A stretch of DNA of 64,000 bases, taken from contig CM097883.1 in assembly GCA_044892505.1 (NCBI GenBank), forward strand, positions 439,890,001 to 439,954,000, read 5' to 3'. This stretch comes from Schmidtea nova (Eukaryota). The notes under the pieces were generated by a model that was not told the origin of the DNA, did not search any database, and saw only the letters and a program-made list of their open reading frames with translations. Shown here piece by piece: positions 23,913-38,660 of this stretch. Within the stretch, counting starts at the first letter, position 1; the number at the start of each line of letters is the position of its first letter. Made by a program: the position numbers and the translations under genes.

Positions 23913-24432
23913 GGTAACCGGACAATTCGTCGGTGGACAATTTGTCGCGGACAATTCGGTGCAGAAAAACGGACAATTCGGAGCAGAAATAAAATAAATT
24001 CAAAATACAATAAAATAAATCATTTAATGTGTTATTGATATAATTATATATTGATTTAATAATTATAATTTATACCATAAATAAATAAGAATAATTTTTT
24101 TATTTTGTAATTATCTATCGATTGTTAAAGTCCAAAAAAATCGCACAGGATTATTCAAAAATTTTATTGTAGACATGTATTTGTGTTTAATTAACTTTTT
24201 TCATATAATAGGTGGATTTAATATTATAATGGATTATAATGAATTATAATGATTAAGACGTGATAATAAATAATGATAAACTTGACAATCTAACATTATA
24301 TTTTATTTTTATTATTACGTAATGTGTATGGTGGCTTTATTAAGTATTCAACATTCAAAATACAATTAATATTTTAATTGTCCTGCTCCCATATCTTTCC
24401 CCAAATTGCCCGCGACGATTTGCCCTAGAACC
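23913..24432. mobile_element. Non-autonomous TIR element (MULE-like, GGACAATT repeats)
   Basis: 8-bp TSD GTTCCTAT (23905-23912, 24433-24440); imperfect TIRs GGTAACCGGACAATTCGTCG / GGTTCTAGGGCAAATCGTCG. Confidence 0.7.
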
Positions 24433-26517
24433 GTTCCTATATATGATGGTTGTGGATTATGATGCTCAATTGTTTTGTTGATTTGTATTTTTCGACTACG
24501 ACTTTTTTTGTTTATTTGTATTAAAAATTTATATTTTGGTAGAAACATAAAACAGTAATCAAACTAATAAAATTTATTGATTTAACTTTCAAATTATATT
24601 AATATTGAATTAATAATAATTTTATTGAATAAAATAAGCCAATAAAAATTAATTTAAAAAGAACTTGTCAAAACTATGAGAAATTTTTATCAACCATAAA
24701 ATTAAAATTATTATTTCAAAATTTATCTGAAAAAATTAAATTTTATTTTTCTAATTTAGCTATCAAATTAAAAATATAATCGAATAATATCGAATAATAG
24801 TTTTTGTCAAAAAATAAAATAGCAGAAATTACCAATGTTATCCATTGTCAATTTAAGTGAGGTTAATTTGCAAAATAAAATCCCTTTTCCTTTAAAAAGT
24901 GATGGACTTTCAGTAGACAATGTCAATTGAAAATCAGTGTTGTGATAGACAAATAGTTGTTGACAATGAGAAACATTTAAAAAATACCTTAATTTTCTCC
25001 TAAATCAAAATTTAAATGATTCATTCAGTAACAAAAAAAGAATCACATTTGATGATCATTTTTGAAAATTGATTTTAATTCATCGATTTTTATCTTTAGA
25101 GAGTGTTGAATTCTATTTTCAATCCAAGATACTCGTAAGTCCACATCCATAAATGATTTCAGTTATTATAATAATTATTGAGTAATAATAATATTAACAA
25201 TTTTTATAGGTTTGCATCAATTAAATTTATGTTACTATAACGATTGGTTTTTTAAACAAACCTTTTTGAATACATTTATGTTAGTTCTTTACGCCTATTT
25301 CATAAAATGATGAATAAAAGAAAATTTAATACAATTTTTCCAATTGTTTGAGCAAACTTTTAAATAAACTGTACCGAAAATTCGTGAATAAAACAATAAT
25401 TAAAAATTAAGATTAGCATAGTGTACTTAATGGGTTATATTTTCAGGAAAATTTTAGTTATCTGACCAAAATAATTGTTATAACAGTATTTTCAGCATGA
25501 TTATCGGATAACACTAACTTTAAGCTAGTTATTTAAAATTTATTCTGCATTGTAAGGTTAATTAGTAAGGCATTTGTTGACAAACCTGTAAATCTATGTT
25601 CAATGTGTTGGACAAAAAACTGAATTCAGTTTAATTTTGTTTAAAATAGTCAGTCAGAAAATTCAATTCATAAATTTCAAAAATTTTTCTTGTGAAAAAA
25701 ATTCCCTGTCATTTTTGTTATTAACCCTGATAATACAATTAGCTTTTTTCCGGCTTTGTTCTGAATAGATTCGAACTAATTCTTCATTTTGTTGGTGTGT
25801 TAAAGGTTATGAAATTATTATTGTTTTATAAGGATGACTACAACCCACGCCAAATCATAAAATGTTAACTTGCCTGTCTCGTATACCCATATCTATTCCC
25901 TGACTAACTTTGTTGGTACTATACATGGTGGAGAGAATCTAGTAAGCAGATGAGCTTAGTTACCAAACTACTCCTGACTCTATTCTTTCTTCCGGGTTCA
26001 TGTTGCCGTTAGATGGACTTACGTATTTGTTAGATGCACGGAAAATGGTAGAAACATTTAAGTTGGATGAAGATTCTAGCATAGCGATGAATAGGTACAG
26101 ACTTCACATAAACATCGAGCCCAGACAAGTCATAAAATTCTTACCTATGACAAAAACAATTTATCTTCGTGATCCTGACAGTTCATTTTGCGATTGATAT
26201 TGACAATTTATCTTTATTATGTTGACAATTAATGTTTGTAATCTATCATCATGACAGTTTATCAGCATAACAATTTAGCAATTTACAATTTCTGATCTTG
26301 CGAACATTTATTGACATTTTTATGGTGATGGACAAATTTTTTTTTTAATTTCGAAAGAATATTTTGTTTTGAAAATATTTTACGTAAATAAATTTTTTAA
26401 TGGTTTATATTTTGATTTATATTTTAATATTTAAATTCAATGAAATAAATTATAATAATAAAATAAATAAATAATACTGATTGTTTAAATAAATTAAAAT
26501 TAATTAATTACTGTTTT

Positions 26518-26925
26518 GGTGGGTTGTTGACCATCAATATTACCTTGACGTTATTATGGCTCGCATCAACAACTCAACACATAAAATATTAGTTTAATCA
26601 TCTTGTTACCCATCACAATGTAACGTTAGTAATGCAACAAATGAATGAACATTCGCAATCAGTGAGTGTCGAAAATTCGAAACTATGATTGACCGAATAT
26701 CTCCTGAGTCCAAGGGCTACCGATAGAAGGTTTGATGCCCATTTTTGTTCCTTATTCAACAATTTATCTATAAACATTCGATAGGATTTTAATAGGCAAT
26801 TCAAAATAAGCCTTCAGTAATATAAATTTATTATTATATCAAAAGGAATCATTTCAACACCATAACATTTACAAAACATTATTCATACAAGAGTCCGTCG
26901 TAAGTACACATAGCATAATATATTG
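26518..26925 (+). repeat. Interspersed repeat family X, partial copy
   Basis: Starts GGTGGGTTGTTGA; homologous to 60931ff (+) and to 32250-33220 (inverted). Confidence 0.75.
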
Positions 26926-28400
26926 CTATATAGCTATATAGCTGGGTCTATCGAAACAAATAGAGTCTTTATTTAGAAAGGTAGCTATTAAATCATCATC
27001 AATCTTGATACTTCTTTGAAAAGTTAGCTTGGAAGCATATGTTATCATTTTCTGTTCAGTATTACAAAGTCTCAAATTCATTCTTTTCTTCAAATTTTCG
27101 GTTGTGTTTTCGTACAGACTATTATTCAAAAGCTTATAATAATTATTATCGAGACTATTCGACTCAGCTCTTAGCATAGTATTTTTATCAATATACTTCT
27201 TGAAAATAGCAGCCTGTTTAAATCTAACAGCTTTATGTTTATTGATTACTTTTACACCTAATGATAAAAACATTTGAAGTAACAGCCAATGAATTTCTTA
27301 ATTTTTCTTTGGATAGTGTGTCTACATTAACTTTTCTAAATTAGATCCTGGATCACACATCTTTTCAGCTTCTACGGGTAGATCATCTAAGAAATCATGA
27401 ATTTTTGAAGAGATCTATAATTCAACGTCTATGGTATAGCCATACGGAAGCGTTTCTAATTCTAAATTTTTGGATTCTATTAAGATTTTATCTAGATCTG
27501 AATAAATCCAACTAAAGTTTCTACATGGCAAGCTTTGACATAAAATTCATTCATAAACTTATTGATATCTATGTACAAAAACTCTATATTTGCATCTGAT
27601 TTAACATAATGCTTGTTCACAAAAGTAAGGCCACCACGAATTCCTCCATAAGAGCTAATCATTTCCATTTCTTGTATCAGTTCGATTGGTTCATCTGAAG
27701 TCATAAGTGATGATCCCCAAGACATTCCAGTAATTCCATAAAAATTTAATTGTTCCAATCGATTATGAGCAAGGGATTTAGCTCGAAATTGCAGGAAAAA
27801 ATCAACCAATAGAAGCACGTCAAGTTTCAAATAAATTAACTGATAATCCATCAATGTTTCACAACGTGTTTCTTCCCATATATGTTGGGCCTTTTCATAT
27901 TCTTCTTTTGAGACCCCATCCCAGATTGGGGGTAATTCTGTTGTTGTTTCCAGAACTTTTTGATTAGTGGCAAAGTTAATTCAGCCCTCAAAGGGTTAAG
28001 GATATGGTGAATCATAAACCCTCAAATTGTGAAACACAACGGGCAATATTTCATTGATTTTCTTTGACATATTACATTCGTATGACTACTCTTTGTACTT
28101 TAGCATTTTATGTGTTATTATTCTTTCGTGCGTTTTGAATTCGTTTCTTTTTGTATAAATTTAATTTTTTTTCATTCCGCCAGCCTAATAATTCATTATA
28201 TATTTTACATATTACGCTTCCTTTAAGGAGATATAAAGTGTTGATGGACTTTCTATACTGTGAAAATTCAATATACCTTGCTCAAAACCTAAACTTCATA
28301 GATGGTTTGAATGGTTCGTTTTAGGAGTTGAATTTTGTGGAAGTAACCGCTGCGAGATCAAATATTTCATAAAATCATCCAACATTACTTGTATTTACTA
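26926..28400 (-). mobile_element. Polinton/Maverick-type protein-primed DNA polymerase B remnant
   Basis: PVVFHNL..YD, YEKAQHIWE, IYLKLDVLLL.D.F..FR, GIRGG, YIDIN, LSLG.K...HKAVRFKQ, YIDKNT..R, KLLNNSLY motifs; deleted and frameshifted. Confidence 0.85.
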
Positions 28401-31159
28401 TCATAGATATGTGTAAATAATTTGACAATATGGGAAACATAATTTTAATATAATAATATTAAGTAATAATACATCAACAATAAATAATACGAATTAATTT
28501 TCGGGGTTCTTTTAGGGTTCTTTAGAATTTATAATTTTCGTCGCTAGACCGAACTAGTGGAATGAATATTGGTGCACGAAATTCGATTTCATACTAAGCA
28601 CCTTAGTTTTTAGGTTCATTTTATTGAAAGATATCAAATAAAAGGGTATAGAACCGCGAAATTTAGTTTCCAATTACGTTTCAAACGAGTTTTGGCTCCT
28701 TACGTTTTTTTGTATTTAGTTGACCAAGCTTATTATATTGGTGTTTGGGAATACAATAATATAAATTTAGATAAATAGCAATATCATAATTGAAGTTAAT
28801 TTCATTAGAGTTTCCATTGTACTTTTTCCTTGTATCGCTTTATAGAATGTAAATTCCGATATTCGAAAGTAAATTTGAGTAAAATTTCTAATTTAATAAA
28901 AGTTTTCGCATTATCATTAAGAGTTTATGAATAAATTGTTCGTTTTGAACAACGGTACTATAATAAAAATTTTAATTTTTGTCTTTGAATACCGTACTGA
29001 ATTCCAAATTTAAATCAGTCGAATTCTAGACACAATATTACTTTGAAAAACTTTGCTCTTGGCCAGGCCAGGGTTCTCATACATCAGCGTATAAGATGGG
29101 GTGTCAAGGATGATTGAGCATTACCCCTTTGGAGACATGGGCCAGGTAATTAGCATATTACTGTTTACCGTCGATTTAATTAGGCTACCTGGTTGGCACT
29201 GGCTCATGTTCTTTGCGCATCTAGCACCAATTTTGGAAGGTATGAAAGAAAAATTATTTGGTATAAAATTATAATATAAATAATATATTTTAAATTTAAT
29301 GATGATTGTATAAGGAAAAAATATTTAGTGACGATGTTTTCCTACATTGATAAGTTAATGAATTGAAGATAAATAAAATAAAAATTTTTTAAGAGTTTAT
29401 ATTAACTTTAAAATAACTCTTAAAATAAAAGTAAATAATTATCATTAAGTAGCATCAGTAAATAGCAAAAATAAAATAAATAAGATTCCTTGGTATGAAA
29501 CTATCGGGGGAATGATCCGATGTTCCAAACCCTAGCATAAAATATTTCTCTTCACATTTTCGACTCGATTTATAGTGATTTCGGCTTCCTTGACTGTAAT
29601 CCGCACGTATGGAATAGGTGATAGTTCTTTAATGGTAACCAGTTTGAGGAAGTTGTGGTTGTTTTTGAATAATGAAAGTTGTTTTGGGTTCTGAGAGTCC
29701 GAATGTTTTTTTGAGTGAGAGTGTTAGAGTGTAAAACAAGTATTTTTGTTTCGATAAATAGCGACTTATATTAATTCTCGCTTGTAATTTTTATTGATGT
29801 ATTTAAACAAATTTCCTAGGTCGAATTTTTCGATTTTGTTTAAATGTAATTATTATTTTACTTAAAATTTTATAAAAATAGCAAATAAATTTATTTTATC
29901 ATAAAATTATTATTTTTAATCTAAGTTTTTGCTTATTTACCAAATTTTAATAAATTTTAATTAAAATCATTTTTCTTTTGCATTTTTAAATTTATTCTTA
30001 CAAAAATTGAAATATTTTTTCTAGAAAACATGTAAATTTTCATAATTTCTAATTAAACTCTGTAATTACTCTTATGTTTATATTTTTACGTGTTTTTTGT
30101 TCAATTTAACTTTTACACGTGTTTTTATTTAATTGTTGTTGAGGTTTTTTCATTAATTTATTTATTTAATGTTTTCTTATTAAAAATTTTAAATTCACTT
30201 CATGTGAGATCTATACATGCTACATTATCGCTTTGATAAAATAAAATCCTGTTGGGATTAGTTTTATCGCTACTATACAAATTGTTGGGCAAAAACAGGA
30301 GTTATTTGAATGAAGCGGTGTTAGATAAAAATTTAGTAAATTAAACTAAATTCAAAAAAACTTTAATTCAAAAGTAAAATTTTGGATTAAAAATAAATTA
30401 TTTAAAGTTTTATTAAAATTTTATAGAAAAATAATAATCTGATTTTGCGTAAAATTGTTAAATTTAATTTTGGAAGAATCGAAAATTCATTCTAGAACAA
30501 TTTGTTTTAAATACATCAATGAAAACAACACACAGAATATCCTATATATACCGCCATCAAAATCATAATTATCGGGATTTGCGAGAATTTTCTAAAAAAT
30601 TTGCCAGAATTTGCTAAAAAATTTTAAAGAATTTTTGCACTACCAAATGAGTAAAACCGATAAAGGCGAACCCCTTGAAAAATTTCCAAAAACACTCAAT
30701 CAGTTCCCGATTTACAAATTCCGAGAAGTTGTGTGAAAAATTCAGGCAACGCACTTGTGATTTCGGATGAAAACAATCCAAATGCCTACAGACCTCTTTC
30801 GAACTAAGCGGAAAACCTATACGAATAATTATGTAAAGATCTTGAACTTTCTCTATTATGTATGCTAGCGAATCATGACTTCGTTACCCTGCGTTAGGTA
30901 CTTTAATTGATTTTCAATTTTTATTTTTAATATTATTAATGCGTTGTTATATAATATATAATATACGTTATATAATATATGTTATATAATATACGTTATT
31001 TATTATTTTATGACAATTATAATTTCATAGTTTATTTGATTCTTATTTGAAGTTTTTTCCCATTTTCACATAAATTAATATCAGCCTATTGTTATTTATC
31101 TATCTATCTATCTATCTATCTATATCTATATATATACCCCGGCCTACCAAATGTTTCCA

Positions 31160-31450
31160 TTTTAGGGTTGCTTGTTGACATGTGTCTGCTCCTGGCGGTA
31201 CTTCATCAGGAAGTAGTTAATAGTTCCTTTGAGATAGACAGTCAATGCAGTAGTTTGACTCTGACTTTTTCCACAAAGGTAACATCGTAAATAATGCCTT
31301 TCTGAAAGTCTGTAAGCTCTCTCCGAGTAGCCATATTCTAAGAAAATGACAATCCTTCATTAACATGACTTACTGTTATCACTGTTGTGTGTCTGGTGTG
31401 AGTAGTCATATTCTATGTGCGCCTGTGTGTGAGAGCTTGCGTATGTTCAT
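31160..31450 (-). mobile_element. Fragment of the Tc1 family seen at 12743-14086
   Basis: Reverse complement of about 12870-13150. Confidence 0.8.
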
Positions 31451-32249
31451 GTGCATATATATTTTGTAAACTTTATCTAATTTTATCTCTATCCTGACTA
31501 GAGAACCTCATCTCGATTAGATTTACTAAATAAAGACACGGATTGATACTTGAATATAATTAAATGAATCAAAAACATTGCATAGAATCATCATTATATT
31601 ATAATATTCTTTAAAAATAAAGGTGGAAGAGAGTCAGTTTCATTATCGCTATAATTGAAATAAAATTCAGAAGTAGTGTTTAATCCATTTCGAGACGAAC
31701 TGATAAATTCCATATCCAAGATAAAGGTAGAGAGATTGTTCTGCTAGAAGGGAAATTGCTGCAGGGAAGATCCATTTAGTCAGTATGTGAGCGAGCGATT
31801 ATTTCCACGCAATGAAAAATCCATACTATTGAGAAATTGGGACGACCATAAGTTCAAATTTTCAGTGACTAAATTCACATATAATCGTGAGCCATAGACT
31901 TCACCACATGGGATTGACGAGGATTTATTCGTATTAAATGCTCAAGACGATCGTAAACTATGCAGTCTAAATAAGAGAAATAACACCAACAAAAAGCTAG
32001 GTTGATAAACTTACCAAAGTATAAATGGGAATCCCGAGATCTAAAAATAACTGAAAATCAATGATTTTATTATAAACAAAATCTTACTTATAAAATTTGA
32101 TCAATCAGATTTAAATGTTTAAGATTATTAAGTGTATATCTAAAAATACTATATAATATAATTAGACACTGTTTTTCAGTAAAGGATAAAGGGATTAAAA
32201 TAAATTTCCCATTTTCTAATGTAATATTTAAAATTAAAATTTTGTATGT

Positions 32250-33220
32250 TTAAATAATAAGAAAAACTTGAGGGTCTAAAAATGATAAGTTTCCCTGTAA
32301 TCTAGCCGTTGCTAAGACCTCGGTACCAATTTAAAATTTTAATTTTAATTTAATTTAAATAAACGATTTGAATCAATTTTACTGTTTTATTAAAGGGGAA
32401 ACCATACCTAAATAAAAATCTTCGCTGAATTAAAATATATAAAATCTAAAAATTATTAATAATAAAAAGAAATGACGCTTAAGGTCGTTGAATTAATATT
32501 CAAATATTGATAATTAGCGAGTGTTTTCAGTGACTATGGACCCCGAATTAAGTTGCGATAATATGTTTGAGCATGAGATTTGGAATAAAATAAGTGTGCA
32601 AAGATGCTTGTGTCTTTGGATAGTATAGTGTATAGCGGTTAATTGGAATAATTTATTTTATTATGCTTTCGATTTTGATCGGAAAAATTGAGGGTCAAAT
32701 TTATTTGAAAGCGTTGCTGATTACCTTAATCGAAACCCGATTTGAATTTAAGATTAGAAAATCAAAAGCAGTAACACTTGCTGGAACTCTTCGAGAACTT
32801 TAGTCCTCTTCGAAATGATTGAATTGATTTTGTTTTTCTTGTGACAGGGATACATTTACTTAGACATTATTCTTGAATGATGTATGTTAATTTGATGTTA
32901 ATAAATTTGTATTGATGTATATTGTTTATTTGAATTGCCGACTAAAATCCTATTGAGTACTTATAGATAAATCGTTGAATAAGGGACTCAAATAGGCATG
33001 AAACCTTCTATCAGTAGCCCTTGAACCCATTGTGATGTTCAGTCAATCATAATTTCGAATTTTTCCACACTCACTGTTTGCGGACATCTACTCATTTGTT
33101 GTATTACCAAAGTTACATTGTGACGGTTAATGTAAGATAGTTAATCTAATGTTTTATGTGTTGAGCTGTTGATGTGAGCCTTAGCAACGTCAAGGTCATA
33201 TTGACGGTCAACAACCCACC
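32250..33220 (-). repeat. Interspersed repeat family X (~1 kb)
   Basis: Reverse-complement similarity along its length to 60931-61900; ends CAACAACCCACC next to a TA run. Confidence 0.75.
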
Positions 33221-33971
33221 TATATATATATATATATCAATAATTCCATAATGGTAATTATTGATATTAAAATAAAAAAAAGATCAAATGTGAAACAAAA
33301 AGATAATTATGATTATATATATATATATATATAGCACAGACACACACAAACAAGTCCTATAAATGACTTACATCTATATATTTACCTCTGCCCTCAATTT
33401 GTCAATTTTTATAGTATAACAATATATGACGCGCACACGTCACTTTACATGTAGTTATATCTACTCTTGGAAATGGGCGATTGCAATTAGTAATGGGCGA
33501 TAATCGTAAAAGGGTTGGGAAACGCTGGTATACAGTGATATGAGAACCAAAGAGCAGGTGATCTTCGTTATCAAAACTACGTCTCATTGCATTCTATTTT
33601 TGGTTCATAACTGCCCCAAAACTACGCTTACAATTACTCTATCACTCAATTTTCTACTTTATAATCGATTCATAACTTTCAATAGGAGGTTGCTTTACTT
33701 TATAATAATATTTTAAAATATTTTCGTTATGAATTTTATTAATAAATTTTGCATTGATAAATAATTTGCAAAATAAGAGTTGGATATTCATTCATTTTTA
33801 AGATTTTTAACAAATATTAAATTTGCTAAAATATTTTATTATAATTATTTAAATACTTAATCTTTATAATTAAAACTATTCTAACTGAAGGAACAAATTA
33901 GTTGTTTAACTACAGCAACAAAGTCTATTTTAGAATGATTATTTAAATTGATAAAATTATAGCTCTGTATA

Positions 33972-35744
33972 ATGAAATTTAGAATGAAAAGTAGAGATAT
34001 CGGAACGATTCAACATTTTCTAAGTATATTTATAAATTAATCAGAATAATAATACTTTCTCCTAACAATTAGATATACTTCAGGGAATTGCTTATTTAAG
34101 CAAAAATTTTGTTTTGCGCATTTCTAATAGTTATATGTATTGCATTATAAATGAACGAGTGTTCACGGGCTCGAGTCTTTTCTGGTGTCAGATTGATTAT
34201 GTTTGTCTTATTTTGATAGAAACGTGCTGATTTTATTGAAAAATAGAAAAGCTTATTTTCAGAAAATGCAATGGAAGGTTTAAATCAAGAAAATAATGAA
34301 ATTCTTCTCGAAGTTGTATCAGATTATTTAATCAAAAGTCTTCGGCTGTGTGCGACTTGTCGAAGTGTTAAGATTAAATTGATGAAGAACAGAGTAAATG
34401 ATCCTTGTCTGTCTATAGAAATTGAACAAGTTAATTATTTGTTTGTGTGTAAATAAATACTAATTAATTAATAGTTTTTAGAGTAGTGAAATAGATAAAA
34501 CTCGTTTTGTAATCCACGAAGTTCCAGTCAGAATTGTTCCAATTCGTATTTGGAATGAATATATTATCCAACCTCAAATAGAATATGATGTGAGTTTTAT
34601 TGATTAATTTTGTCATTTCATCGCAAATTCAAGGAAAATAAAAAAAATAATTAGTTAGAATTTTATTGGAAGATTTTAATAACCAATGGGAAAATTGTGA
34701 AATAAAATTCTTTTTGACACATTCAATTTGGTCAAATTATTTTTGTGGGCCACTGAGTATTGCATTTTATTTTCAAAATATTGTAATCTGATTTGTAAGG
34801 GAAGGACGCAAGAATTAACCGCTTTCCAGAGAACACACAATTTCTTGCAGTTCTTGCCTAAGTGAATGTTATGGTTGCACTTACAAACAGAAATGTTAAT
34901 GCTGCTAGTATGCAAAAATTTTAAACATGAACAATACCGCCAATCCAACGGGCTCTTCGATTGAGTTGTTGACTTTTGTGCATCTCTATTCAATTTTTTG
35001 TATTTTTATTTATATAGGCGCGGCGCCCTGTGCATCACTTTTATAAATGGATTATTAGCGGACTATTTCCCAAAGGTTCAGGTAAGTCAATTGTGAGATT
35101 AATTGTTCCTGTCAGCCCATTAGGCTTCACCAGTAAATAAAATTTAGATCCGGAGGGTAACAATTAATGAGCCATTGACAAAAGGCAACTTTTGCTTTAT
35201 AATCAAGGGACAAAAGTATTTGAACACGTTGAATATGGAAAGGATGCCAACTATCTTGATGCAACATATTCTTAATGGTGCGATGACTTGATATATGTTC
35301 TTTCAAAGCAGTTATTTGGCATTTAAGATTTCTTAAGCCTTCATAAAATGGTTTCCTTGTATTCATGTGTTCTAACGGATCATGATCTATATAAGTCAAT
35401 TAAATTGGACTCATATCTCATATTATCACGTAAACATTGATAGATTTTACTAAGCATTCGCCTGATTAGAGATCTGCGATTTGGAAAAGCTTCTTCATAT
35501 AATCTCCTTGCCGCAGTAGAATTGTTATTCGCTTTACCATACATGAAATGAATGAATATCATTTCCATATTTGGAAAGACTTTAACATTTAATTTTAATA
35601 ATTAGAAAAAGTATAATAATAAATTATTTTACGATTATTCAAACAAAAAATTTCAGTATTAATCAAACTTCGAGGGATATATTATTTAAAGGAAGCATTT
35701 TCAGATCATATTCTTTTGAATTTAATGGTTATTTCGAAGATTAC

Positions 35745-35777
<33 letters not shown>

Positions 35778-38615
35778 GCCAGAACAGGCATAAAATAAAA
35801 AGTATCAAGTCAATGCACGAAAGCAACCGAAATCGATTGCAAATAATTGAATATAATTGAGGGGGTAGCCGATAGGATAAATAAGACGATTTTCTGAAAC
35901 TCGAAGAAGAAGGAAGAGCGATAATTAATAAATGAGAAAGTATTAGCAAAATAAAAAACATCAAATAACAAAGCAGGAAAAGGTCATTAATAATTAACAA
36001 GTACAAAAACAAAAAGGAATTCCGAAATTGGAAAACAAAAACAAGAAAGTCTATATCTTGACAGCTTGTCAGAGATATCAGGAATACAGAAAATAAAGAG
36101 CGGAATAACAAAAAGAGAAGAAACGGCATATCTTGACAGATGTCAGAGATGATGCAGGAACTAGGAGAAACAATGTGAAATATGCTGGAGGCAAAACGGG
36201 GAAACAAAATTTATATAGGGAGCCAGAAAATGACGAGCTATAAAAGGGAAAGCTACAGTAGTTGAATCACAAGTTCAGATTGGGAAAATTTTAAAAGGCA
36301 TATTTTATAAGTGAGAAAATTATATTAGAGAAAAGAATTTAGCTTGAATAAGTTAGAGTCACATTATTGGAAAACTTGTATTGAGAAGATAAAGTGAACG
36401 AAGTAAACGAGAATTATAAAACAGTAAAAGTATATTGAATAAAGTATCAAGTCAAAGCACAAAAACAACCGAAATCGATAGCCAATAACTGAATCTAAAT
36501 CAGTGGTCAGTGATAGTTGTATCCTAGGTATTATACATTAGGGCTATTCCTCATGAAGTGTTATAATAAGCTCTGTATATTTGCCATTTTTGGTGTTGAG
36601 TTAATTGTGTCATTGTAAATTGTTTAATCCACTGTGATAATCGATAAAGGTTTATATTATTTGAAAATCGCTGTTTTGTGGATCAGATAAAGTACGCCCT
36701 GGAGTAAATAATAAATTTCAAATTTCACCAACAACGCTACAAGTGTATACTTATATGTATACTTATAAAATCCATTTACGCCATTGTATTTTGTACGAAT
36801 TCCAACAAGAATGAAATGCTGCAGAAATTTATTGAAAGTGTTTGGTGAAGCCACAGCTTCTTTTAGAACACGCAGAAGATGTTTCGAACAATTTAAAGTA
36901 GGTGATTTCGACCTTAATGATAAGTCACGCTTTGGGCGACCATCTTTGATCGACTACGAGCTAATGTTAGAACAAAATCCTTTTTTGACAACATCGGAGT
37001 TTGCGGAAATGCCACACGAGTTAAGTGAGAAGGATTTGAATGATCGAGTCATCATATGTACACTGAAAACCTATCGATTTATAGCGCTTTGAATACAATG
37101 ATGAAACTCGATCCTAGGATGGCTCGAGTAGATTACTTAAACATTTATATCAACAAATTAAACTCTGAACCTATATCTCATCCTACATGCAGTATAGATT
37201 TAGCTCTTTCTAGTTTACAATGCAAAACAAAAAACTCGGTTCTCTGGTGATGAGTAGATAAAATTGTAATATTAAGAATTCTTTAAATACAATGATTTTG
37301 TAGTGCTTAACTTAAATGGTATATTTTTGTGTAATTTCCATTTCTTTTTTTAAACAAACTTAAAAAATTTTGTCAATTTCTAAATATTTATAGAAATTTT
37401 TCATTTAGGTCAGCATTTACTTACCGAATTTAAAAGTCTTTCGAACTATCTTAGATAAAATGAAAAATCTCACTGGATTTCTGGTAAAAAATTGTTTTTG
37501 TATTAAATTATTTACATCTACGTATAAAACATATTTTCCTCGAACTTGTGTCACAACGTAATTCATTTATAATTTTGTTATGACTACATTTAAATATCAT
37601 AATTATCTTTTGGTTTCACCTTTGATCTTTTTATTTAAATCAATAATTTAAATTATATTATTAATTTAGATCAATACTTTTCATATTAATAATTGTATGA
37701 TTAGATCCAAATTATATTATTAATTTATATCAATAATTTTCATATTAATAATTGTATAACTATAGATCAATATTATATTATTCATTTAAATTAATACTTT
37801 TCATATTAATAATTGTATGACTAGATCAATATTATATTATTCATTTAAATCAATACTTTTTATATTATTAATTTATATCAATACTTTTTATATTATTAAT
37901 TTAAATCAATAATTTTAATATTAATAATTGTATGACGATAAATCAAAATGATATTATTAATTTATATCAATACTTTTTATATTATTAATTAAAATCAATA
38001 ATTTTCATATAAAAATTATATTATTTATTTATATCAATAATTTTATCAATAATATTAATGGCTTTCGAAATTGTGATTTTAACGATACATAAGTGATAAA
38101 ATGAACACTTAATGAACACACTAAAAATAAAACCAGCAATTATTACGAAATTATTACGAAAAGTGCATAAAATGATCAAATCTATAGACGAAACAAAAAT
38201 ACAAATCTCACTAGACGGATTCAAAAATGCATTACAAAGATTAGCATCCGAAACTTCTTATATAAAAAATATAAACCGTCCATCAACATTCAATTCGCTC
38301 AAAAAATCATGTTTAGAAATTTTTAGTTAAATTAATATTTATTCAATAAAATCATTTAAAAACAATTAAATAAATAATCAAATTTACTATTTAGGATTAA
38401 GTTAATATGACGATTGAAAATTTAGATATTTAGTCATACAATTATTAATATGAGAATTATTGATTTTATTTAAATCATTTTAATTTATTAAAAAGCTAAT
38501 TTCTATATCGAATGATGATAAATTCAATTTTATAACTACAGTTTACTCCGGTTAATTTTCCATTCTGCTTTATTAGTCACCTTTTGACATTCTCAAGTAC
38601 GCATAAACACAGACG

Positions 38616-38660
<45 letters not shown>

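Noticed and set aside
26000-26197. 65-aa plus-strand ORF amid TTGACA-rich repeats
   Set aside because: No recognisable domain; probably a transposon remnant but not assignable.
33402-33593. Possible first exon(s) of a gene divergent from HUS1 (perhaps the dynein)
   Set aside because: Plausible acceptor and donor, but no in-frame upstream ATG exon and no recognisable motif.
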